From: Myxococcota bacterium
GTDB taxonomy: Bacteria > Myxococcota_A > UBA796 > CAJQPC01
NCBI GenBank assembly: GCA_036012755.1
Contig: DASCPX010000140.1
Coordinates: 1-53,077, forward strand
DNA: 53,077 nt
Reading direction: 5' to 3'
Shown here: positions 37,715 through 45,291 of the stretch, in pieces
How the letters are laid out: every line of letters starts with the position of its first letter
How positions within the stretch are numbered: the stretch's first letter is position 1
The notes under the pieces: generated by a model
What the model saw: the letters and a program-made list of their open reading frames with translations, nothing else
The model's database searches: none
Told to the model about the DNA's origin: nothing
Position numbers and translations under genes: made by a program

Positions 37715-39172
37715 GTGCGCGCTCGGTTGTCCGTCCTCGGTGTGGTGCTCGCGGTCTGGTGCCTCGTGGTGGCGCTGGTGCCGCTGGAGGGTGTCCCGCA
37801 CGTCTCGGACGAGGTCGTCTACACCCTGCAGGCGCGGCTCATCGCGGCCGGTCTGCTGGCTGGACCGGGTGCTCCGGCGCCGATCCCCTATCCCTTCTGG
37901 ACCGCCGCTCCAGATGCGGTCTGGGGCGCCTTCCCGCCAGGATGGCCGGCGCTGCTGGCTCTCGGCGAGGCCCTGGGCGCGCCCTGGCTGGTGAACGCCC
38001 TGCTCGCGGGCACCCTGCCATACCTGGTCTACCTCGTCGCCCGGGAGCGCTTCGAGCGCAACGAAGCCTGGATCGCCGCCCTGGTCATGGCGCTGTCGCC
38101 TGGGATCTGGGTGCTCGGGGCTTCGCGGATGAGCCACACCTCCGTGCTCGTGGCGCTGTTGGTGGCGACCGCGGTGGTGCTGCGAAAGCGAGACCCGATG
38201 TGGGCCTGGCTGGGGGCTGGAGTCGCCGTGGCCTACCTCGTCCTGGCCAGACCCTTCGATGCACTCCTGCTAGGCGCTCCCTTGCTGATCGCCGGTCTGT
38301 GGCGGGCGCCGAGTCACCTCGCCCGCGCGCTGGTGGTCCTCCCCTCTCTGGGGGCGGTGTCGCTCGTGGCGCTCGGCAACGCTGCGCTGACCCTGGACGC
38401 CTTCACCTTCGCCACCACCGCCTGGTTCGAGGCCTCTGTGGATCGACCGGGCTGCAACAGCCTGGGCTTTGGAGAGGCCATCGGCTGCGCGCCCACGCTC
38501 GGCGACTACGGTCACACCCTCGAGAAGGCAGCTCGCCAGGCGCTGTTGAGCCTGGAGCGCCTGGACCGGCTCTTGCTGGGCATCCCTGGTGGCTCGGTCC
38601 TTGCCCTCGTCGGGCTCTGGCTGGGCCGCCGCAAGCTCTGGCCGCTCATCCCCTTCCTGGTCCTTCCGGTGCTCGGCTATGCGCTCTACTGGTCGCCGGG
38701 GGCAGCCTATGGGGCCCGCTTCTACCACCCGGCCTACGTGCTGCTGCCGATCTGCGTGGCCTTGCCGCTGGCCCGCTGGCTGCCGCGCCTGGCGATCCTG
38801 CCACTGGCGCTGGCTGGGATCGGCGGGGGCGTGCTCGCATACCGGGACCTCGATCGCAGCTGGTGGTGCAGTGACGGCGCCGTGCGGGACGCTGTCGTCG
38901 AAGCCGGGGCCACAGAGGGCCTGCTGATCTACTCCAGCCAGGGCCAGCTCGAGCGCTTCTGGCCCACGCTGCGGGTGGGCATGGTCTGCACCTCTGGCCT
39001 CGACGACGCGATGGCGCTGGTCGACCCCTCCGGCGCCGGTCTCCAGCTCACGATGGCCCAGGCGGATTCTGGCTCCATCGAGGTGATGGCCCAGCAGTTC
39101 GGCGGTCCCGTCTGGCTCATCGAGCACGATCTGGTCGAGGGCACGGCGACCCTCACCCGGGTGTCGCGATGA
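37715..39172 (+). CDS. Multi-TM GT-C fold (GT39/ArnT-like) glycosyltransferase
   Basis: HVSDEVVYTLQA, FPPGWPALLALG, ARPFD, YGARFY. Confidence 0.72.
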   Translation: MRARLSVLGVVLAVWCLVVALVPLEGVPHVSDEVVYTLQARLIAAGLLAGPGAPAPIPYPFWTAAPDAVWGAFPPGWPALLALGEALGAPWLVNALLAGTLPYLVYLVARERFERNEAWIAALVMALSPGIWVLGASRMSHTSVLVALLVATAVVLRKRDPMWAWLGAGVAVAYLVLARPFDALLLGAPLLIAGLWRAPSHLARALVVLPSLGAVSLVALGNAALTLDAFTFATTAWFEASVDRPGCNSLGFGEAIGCAPTLGDYGHTLEKAARQALLSLERLDRLLLGIPGGSVLALVGLWLGRRKLWPLIPFLVLPVLGYALYWSPGAAYGARFYHPAYVLLPICVALPLARWLPRLAILPLALAGIGGGVLAYRDLDRSWWCSDGAVRDAVVEAGATEGLLIYSSQGQLERFWPTLRVGMVCTSGLDDAMALVDPSGAGLQLTMAQADSGSIEVMAQQFGGPVWLIEHDLVEGTATLTRVSR

Positions 39173-39178
39173 AGGGGC

Positions 39179-40597
39179 TCAGCCCCTCCAGGGCGTGCGG
39201 CCCGAGCGCTGGACGACCTCTATGATCTCGGGCAGCCCACGCAGGTCGGCGATGTCGAACTGCACGGCGGCGGAGGGGTCGAGCGAGTAGCCCCCCGGCG
39301 CGGTCGAGACCCCCGCGCTGAGCTTGGTCACCCCGAGCGGAAGGAGCCGATCCCGGAGCTCCGGGGACTCTCGCGTGGTCAGGGTCAGGTGCGCCCGCGG
39401 GAAGCGGAGCCGGAGCCACAGCATGGCCCGGATGAAGGCCGCGTCGGGCACCAGCGTCCGGGCCTGGAAGTCGCAGTCCGGATCGACTCGCTGCAGCCGC
39501 GGCAGGGAGAAGCCGAGGCCCAGGTCCGGGAAGTCCTCGAGCAGGAGCTCTGCGTGGGCGGCGAGGGCGGCGAGGTCGTCCGCCAGGTCGTGGAGGCCGA
39601 GCAGGACGCCCAGCCCGATGGCCTCGAAGCCAGCGGCGGCGACGCGGTGAGGGCCGTCGAGGCGATGGGCCATGTCCCGCTTCAGGCCGAGCCCGTGGAC
39701 CTCGAAGTAGGTCCGGGGCGCGTAGGTCTCCTGGTACAGGTTGTAGCCGGTCGCTCCGGCCTCTCGGAGGCGTCGGTACTGCTCCGTCGAGAGCGCCCCG
39801 AGGTTCAGGTTGACCCGGCGGATGTCCGTCTGGGCGAGGATCGCCCTGGTCGCTTCGCAGACGTAGTCGACGAAGGCGTCGGTGGCGATCTCGCCGGTGA
39901 CGAGGTCGATCATCCGGTGGCCGGCGCTCACCAGGTGGCGGGCCTCTGAGACTGCGCCGTCGACCGACAGCCGCGCGCGGTCGATGGTCGCGGAGGCGCG
40001 GAAGCCGCAGTAGCGGCAGTCGTTTGCGCAGGCGTTGGAGAGATACAGCGGCGCGAAGACGGCCACGCGGTTGTCGAAGTGGTCGGTCACCGCCGCGGAG
40101 GCGTCCGAGCGGGCCAGGCTCACGGCCTCGTCCAGGGGCAGGGCCAGGTACTCGGTGAGCTCTGCCGACAGTCGCTCCTTGGCGGGTGCGATGCGGTGCA
40201 GGAGGCATCCGGGCGCCTCCAGAGCCTCCAACCGCCGGCGCTGCGCCAGGCTCCGGGCGGCTCGCCGGGTCAGGATGTGGACCGCCTCGACGATCTCGTC
40301 GATCTGTGGGCGGCTCAGCGAGTCGAAGTGGATGCCGGCGATGCAGGTCACGCGTCGCCGGCTGGCCTTGCAGAGCCGGTGTGCCGCGTGGGCCGCGAGC
40401 TCGCCTTCCTTGTGTCCCTCCGCCGTCAGCCGCTCGGTGCGTGCCTGGCCCGAGTCCCACTGGGACATGGCCACCGCGCCGATGTGATGGTCACCGCCGT
40501 GGATGCGGCAGAGGAGGTCACCGCCCACCCGCTCGAGCTGGACCTCCAGGTGCCAGGGAGGGCCGGAACAGAGGCGCACATGGGTCGGGTCGTTCAC
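39179..40597 (-). CDS. thiH: Fusion: LpdD-like (prFMN chaperone/PAC-like) domain + ThiH-like radical SAM aromatic amino-acid lyase
   Basis: N-term VGGDLL..IHGGD.HIGAVA..GHKE..AGIHFD..IDEI; C-term FAPLYLSNACANDCRYCGF, LVTGE, YQETY, SLPRL, TRES, SAGVSTAPGGY. Confidence 0.8.
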   Translation of the reverse strand: MNDPTHVRLCSGPPWHLEVQLERVGGDLLCRIHGGDHHIGAVAMSQWDSGQARTERLTAEGHKEGELAAHAAHRLCKASRRRVTCIAGIHFDSLSRPQIDEIVEAVHILTRRAARSLAQRRRLEALEAPGCLLHRIAPAKERLSAELTEYLALPLDEAVSLARSDASAAVTDHFDNRVAVFAPLYLSNACANDCRYCGFRASATIDRARLSVDGAVSEARHLVSAGHRMIDLVTGEIATDAFVDYVCEATRAILAQTDIRRVNLNLGALSTEQYRRLREAGATGYNLYQETYAPRTYFEVHGLGLKRDMAHRLDGPHRVAAAGFEAIGLGVLLGLHDLADDLAALAAHAELLLEDFPDLGLGFSLPRLQRVDPDCDFQARTLVPDAAFIRAMLWLRLRFPRAHLTLTTRESPELRDRLLPLGVTKLSAGVSTAPGGYSLDPSAAVQFDIADLRGLPEIIEVVQRSGRTPWRG

Positions 40598-40718
40598 CGG
40601 GGGTGTCTAACCGATCGGTCTTCTCCTATGGAGCGAGGCCTTGACGCGTTCTTCACAAGACGAACGCTCGGCTGGGTGCCGCCTCCCGGTCGCACGAAGT
40701 TCCTGGGCAACCCGGACT

Positions 40719-41027
40719 CGACCTTTCCACGCGCCATGGTGTGGAGGCGCTTCCACTCCTCTGATGCGGACTCCCTGTACGGTGGCTGGGGCGACTATGG
40801 TCTGCTCTTCCTCCGACTGTACGGGCCGAACGGGAGCGAAGAGGACCGCCAGATGTCCCGGGAGGGCTGGCGCGCCAACCGGCCGCACGTCACGTACTGG
40901 AAGGACTACTTGATCGTCGGCTGGGACGCCGACGATCGAGACCTCTTCGTTCGGCAGCCAGCAATACAAGCTGATCTGGACCAGCAAAGGCTGCTACGCC
41001 ACGATCTACAAGCTCGGCTTCCACTGA
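40719..41027 (+). repeat. 309-bp direct repeat, copy 1 (5'-truncated lipoprotein gene remnant)
   Basis: Matches 44983-45291 with 8 substitutions and no indels (by eye); a further 26-bp match at 40650 and 44869. Confidence 0.93.
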
Positions 41028-41050
41028 GGTCCCCGAGGCGGGCGGATCGC

Positions 41051-42460
41051 TCAGTCCCCCAGCGCGTCGCTCGCGGCGGTCTGCCCTGCGCGGAGCCCCG
41101 ACCAGTAGACCGCGGAGACCGAGCCCGTGAAGCCTCGGCCGACGGCGGGGGTCCCGAGCATGCCGATGAGCTCGCCGCTGCCGTAGAGGCCCGAGATGAC
41201 CTCGCCATCGACATCGAGGATGCGTCCGTGCTCGTCCGTGGGGACGCCGACGAAGGCCTTCGCGGCGCCCGGCAGGATCTCGGCAACCACGACCGGCGCG
41301 TCGCCGAAGGGGTGGAGGTAGTGGGAGGGCTTGCCGAAGTCGAGATCCTCGCCATCTTCGGCGTAGGCGTCGTAGGTCGCGACCGCCTCGCTGACGTCGA
41401 CGCCGAGGTCCTCGCCGGCGCTGTGGATCTCCTCGTACCAGGTCATGGCGCCGAGCTCGAGGAGGTCGTCGACGCCGAGGAGCTCGGAGTCGGGGTCGTT
41501 GTAGGAGGGGCGGACCGCCGAGAGCAGGTCGATGGCTGATTCGGGGAAGAACAACAGCCAGCGCGGGTCCTCGTTGGCCTCCAGCATGTAGGCCAGCTCC
41601 ATGGTCTGGGCCGCGGACTCGTCGATGAGGCGCTGACCGGTGGCGTCGAGGCCCATGGCTGGCGGGACGTGACCCAGCCAGATGGCCTCCAGGGGGTCCT
41701 CGGGGTCCGCCATTGCGTGGACGTAGGTGCCGTAGTTCCCGGCGTTTTGCCAGCCACCGCCTAGGGACTCGACCATGTCGTGGCCCAGCCCGAGGGCGTC
41801 CGGGTGTGCCTCTGCGAGCCGCTGTTGTCCCAGCCCGGGTCGGTCCGCGCGCACACGCTCCAGGTCTCGGGCGAAGCCACCGGTGGCGACGATGACGGCG
41901 CTGGCTGTGAGCTCGAAGCTGTCTCCGGTGGACAGCTCCGTGGCGACGACTCCGCAGACGCCGTCATCTCCCTCCAGGAGCCTCTCTACGCGGACGCCGG
42001 TGCGGAGATCCTCGATCCCTGCGACGAGGTCCTCTACGAAGGGCTCGGACAGCGCGTGGACACGGGGCGTGTCACCGGCGTCCTGCGCGGGGACCGGGGG
42101 GATGAACTCGGCGCCGTAGCGATCCTCGAAGTCGCCGAGGATCCCCGCGCTGTCCTCGATGAAGGCCTGGACCACCGCGTCGGGCTCTTCGTTGGTGAAG
42201 TCGGGCCACTCCGACAGGGCGATCTCGACGGTGTCGGTGACTCCCACCGAGCTCTGTTGGGGAGTACCGACCGCCAGGAACCGCCCCGCGTAGCCAGCAC
42301 CGCCGCCCGCGGAGTCGGCCATCTCCAGGACCACGGTGGATGCGCCTGCCTCCTGGGCCTGGCGCGCCGCGACGAGCCCGCTGGCCCCCGCTCCGATGAC
42401 GACGACGTCGAGGTCGGGCTCGAGAGGTGGCGCATCGACGCAGGCGAGCAACAGCAGCAC
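41051..42460 (-). CDS. Lipoprotein FAD-dependent oxidoreductase (flavocytochrome c / KstD-like FAD_binding_2 family)
   Basis: MLLLLA-C; DVVVIGAGASG, VIVATGGF, VPTDEHGRILDVDGEVISGLYGSGE. Confidence 0.82.
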   Translation of the reverse strand: MLLLLACVDAPPLEPDLDVVVIGAGASGLVAARQAQEAGASTVVLEMADSAGGGAGYAGRFLAVGTPQQSSVGVTDTVEIALSEWPDFTNEEPDAVVQAFIEDSAGILGDFEDRYGAEFIPPVPAQDAGDTPRVHALSEPFVEDLVAGIEDLRTGVRVERLLEGDDGVCGVVATELSTGDSFELTASAVIVATGGFARDLERVRADRPGLGQQRLAEAHPDALGLGHDMVESLGGGWQNAGNYGTYVHAMADPEDPLEAIWLGHVPPAMGLDATGQRLIDESAAQTMELAYMLEANEDPRWLLFFPESAIDLLSAVRPSYNDPDSELLGVDDLLELGAMTWYEEIHSAGEDLGVDVSEAVATYDAYAEDGEDLDFGKPSHYLHPFGDAPVVVAEILPGAAKAFVGVPTDEHGRILDVDGEVISGLYGSGELIGMLGTPAVGRGFTGSVSAVYWSGLRAGQTAASDALGD

Positions 42461-42582
42461 GGTCCAGGGGTACCACGAGGCCCCGTCGATCGAACGACGG
42501 ATGGCGGTCCACAGCGCCGACCACACCGTCACCGCTCGCTTCGTCGCCACCCCCGAGTTCCTGGCCGTCCTTCGCGCTCGAG

Positions 42583-44787
42583 TCAGCCCTCTTCTCGCCA
42601 GTCGAGCTGTAGATAGACGCCCATCTCGCCTTCGAGCGAGGTGGGCGCAGCTGCGAAGGAGAAGCCTCCGGGGAGCCTTGGGTTCGGCCGGAGAAGGGTC
42701 GGGCGCCACCCCTTCTTTGGACGCAGGGACTCGGCGATCCCGCCGCCGGCGAAGCCCACGACGCTGCCTATGATCGCGCCCTTGGGGATGTGCCGCCCGT
42801 CGGGATCGAAGAGGGCCACACCGAGGGCCCCGAGGGTTGCGCCGGTCACCGCCCCGAGCTGGGGCACGAAGAGGTGTCGACTCTCGAGGTCGAGGCCGTA
42901 GATGACTCCCGCCGTGCCGAGCATGAAGGCGTTCGAGGTGGCTGCCCCGGTCAAGAGCAGGGTCTCCTCGGGTCCCTCGAGCTCCATGGCGATGGGGGTC
43001 ATGACGCCGTACCAGGCCCCCCAGGCGGCTCCGGTGCTGATGGCCAGGACGTCCATCGGGCGCGGCGAGGTGCGCTGGGCGGCGGCCCCGAGGGTGAAGC
43101 TGGACAGCGAGGCGGTGGTCAGCACGACCCCCGCGACCTGGGTCTTGCTGAGATCCTCCCGAACCCCGAAGTAGCCCGCGTAGGCCGCGGACTGGGCGAT
43201 GAGGATCGGCGTTCCGAGCGTGACCAGGGTCACGTCTCCTTCGTCGAATGCGGTCCGCTCGGCGAGCACGGTGCCCGCCACGGTGCCCGCCGCGCCCATC
43301 GGCAGCATCACCCTGGAGACGACCTCGACCCGGTCCTCGTCGGCGATGAAGGGGATGCCGGCGCCGAGTGCGTTTCCAGCGACCATGCCGTAGCTCGCGC
43401 CGAGATCCTGGTAGTAGCTGCGGGGCTTCCAGTGGGCGAAGACCTCTGTGGCGGCGAAGGCGGAGGTCGCCGTCGTGCGGAGGAGGGCGTCAGGGTCCGT
43501 GCGCTGCCTGCCGGAGGCCCAGGCGAAGCCCGCGATCCAGGTCGCCTCGCCGGCGACGATGCCCGAGTAGAGGTGGTCGGAGAAGCGGGGATCCCACTGC
43601 TCCCTGGTCACTCCGGCGATGGCCAGACCAGCCGCGCTGCCGACCAACGCGCTGCCGTAGCGAGCTCGGTACCAGGTCTTGTAGTCGGCGCAGTCGTTGC
43701 CGCTGTTCGGCTCGTAGCAGCTCCACTGCGAGCCCCGGTCCAACACCAGTCCGGTCGCGCCGAAGCCCAGCTGCATGCCGACGAAGCCCGCGAGGTCGGA
43801 CTCCAACACGTCCCGGGGCTCGGCGTCGTAGCTGGTGATGCGCGCGAGTCCGAGCCCAGCTCCTGCTCCGGTGCCCAGGGTGCGGAGCAGCGCGGACTGG
43901 TTCTGGCGCCGGCGGTTCGCCGCCCGGTCGCGCTCGAGCGGGTAGGGGTCCAGCACGACCTGGGTGAGCAGCTCGCTGGAGACCAGGCCCCAGCCGACGT
44001 TCGAGGCATAGCGCAGACCCTGGCCGCTCGAGACCGGCTGGGTGAGGCCGTAGAGCGTGCCTCCACCGAGCCCGATGCCGGAGCCTCCGACCGCGCCGAT
44101 GGCGATCGCCGCGTCTCTTTGACCCCAGACGCCGACAGAGGACAGGAGGATCCCGCCGGTCAGTCCGCTCCCGGTCGTGACCCCGGCGACGCCGACGAAG
44201 GTGCTCCTGTCGTCGGTGGGCTCACCGCGCTCTGCGAGCACCTCCGGGTAGTGCTGCTGCAGGCCCTTGAGCGCCTGGTTGCGGAGGCTGCGCGGCAGGC
44301 TGTCGTCGACGGCGAGGTCGTAGAGCAACGCGCCGGCGACCGGATCTCCGGCTCCGACGAGCTCGTCGACAGCGGCTTGGGTCGTTCCCCAGCCGCCGTG
44401 GCGCACCGTGCGGTTCAGGGCATGGAAGCCGGGCTCGCCCGCCAAGGTCAGGGCTGGGAGCACGCCCACGGAGATGCGCGCGTTCCGGCTCTCTGTGGCG
44501 CTCTCCACGAAGAGCAGCCCTCCCTCGAGCTGGGCCAGCGCCATGGCAGCGGCCAGCCGCTCCTCCTCGGAGCTGTCCAGGTTGGCGAGGGTCGCGGCCT
44601 GGTCGTGGAGCTCCCGCAGGGCGTCGAGCTCGGCCTGGGTGGCGTCCGCCGACTGCTGGGCGGCTTGCAGCTCGGATGACAGCGCCGAGAGCTGCTCGGC
44701 CATGGCCCTGGCGACCTCGGCTGCTTCGTCTTGGGTCTCTTCGGAGACAGGTGGGTCCTGGGCGAACGCAGTGGCGATGAGGAGCAT
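42583..44787 (-). CDS. Exported/membrane protein: coiled coil, HEAT-like region, many Gly-rich hydrophobic helices
   Basis: MLLIATAFA signal; repeated GxxxG helices; ends FSFAAAP..GVYLQLDW. Confidence 0.75.
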   Translation of the reverse strand: MLLIATAFAQDPPVSEETQDEAAEVARAMAEQLSALSSELQAAQQSADATQAELDALRELHDQAATLANLDSSEEERLAAAMALAQLEGGLLFVESATESRNARISVGVLPALTLAGEPGFHALNRTVRHGGWGTTQAAVDELVGAGDPVAGALLYDLAVDDSLPRSLRNQALKGLQQHYPEVLAERGEPTDDRSTFVGVAGVTTGSGLTGGILLSSVGVWGQRDAAIAIGAVGGSGIGLGGGTLYGLTQPVSSGQGLRYASNVGWGLVSSELLTQVVLDPYPLERDRAANRRRQNQSALLRTLGTGAGAGLGLARITSYDAEPRDVLESDLAGFVGMQLGFGATGLVLDRGSQWSCYEPNSGNDCADYKTWYRARYGSALVGSAAGLAIAGVTREQWDPRFSDHLYSGIVAGEATWIAGFAWASGRQRTDPDALLRTTATSAFAATEVFAHWKPRSYYQDLGASYGMVAGNALGAGIPFIADEDRVEVVSRVMLPMGAAGTVAGTVLAERTAFDEGDVTLVTLGTPILIAQSAAYAGYFGVREDLSKTQVAGVVLTTASLSSFTLGAAAQRTSPRPMDVLAISTGAAWGAWYGVMTPIAMELEGPEETLLLTGAATSNAFMLGTAGVIYGLDLESRHLFVPQLGAVTGATLGALGVALFDPDGRHIPKGAIIGSVVGFAGGGIAESLRPKKGWRPTLLRPNPRLPGGFSFAAAPTSLEGEMGVYLQLDWREEG

Positions 44788-44936
44788 GGCGCAACACTAC
44801 CGTCTGGACTGGGCGCACCCCCGGACCGCTCCGTGGAGGCCCGGCTACCGGGCATCGCGTTCACAGGATCTTCACAAGACGAACGCTCGGCTGGATGCCG
44901 CATGCCGGATGCTGGATTCGTGGAATACAAGCGTTG

Positions 44937-45291
44937 ATGGTCGGGCTGCTGCTGGTCTTGGCTTGTGATGGTCCCGTGGAGACGACCTTTCCACGCGCCA
45001 TGGTGTGGAAGCGCTTCCACTCCTCTGATGCGGACTCCCTGTACGGTGGCTGGGGCGACTATGGTCTGCTCTTCCTCCGGCTCTACGGGCCGAACGGGAG
45101 CGAAGAGGACCGCCAGATGTCCCGGGAGGGCTGGCGCGCCAACCGGCCGCACGTCACCTACTGGAAGGACTACTTGATCGTCGGCTGGGACGCCGACGAT
45201 CGAGACCTCTTCGGGCGGTAGCCAGCAATACAAGCTGATCTGGACCAGCAAAGGCTGCTACGCCACGGTCTACAAGCTCGGCTTCCACTGA
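44937..45291 (+). pseudogene. Small lipoprotein gene with frame break (contains repeat copy 2)
   Basis: MVGLLLVLA-C..YWKDYLIVGW in one frame (stop 45219-45221); GSQQYKLIWTSKGCYATVYKLGFH-stop in the +1 frame. Confidence 0.5.
44983..45291 (+). repeat. 309-bp direct repeat, copy 2
   Basis: 4264 bp downstream of copy 1, about 97% identical. Confidence 0.93.

Noticed and set aside
39179..40597. HydG or NosL assignment for the radical SAM domain
   Set aside because: It lacks HydG's C-terminal Cys motif and any hydrogenase or thiopeptide context; motifs fit ThiH better, though the substrate is untested
40911..40913. TGA as selenocysteine readthrough in the repeat ORF
   Set aside because: The frame upstream of this TGA is not the coding-like one, and there is no Cys/redox motif context
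40719..45291. Repeat pair as a diversity-generating retroelement TR/VR
   Set aside because: Mismatches are not adenine-specific in either copy (they include G/C, T/G and C/T), and no reverse transcriptase is in the window
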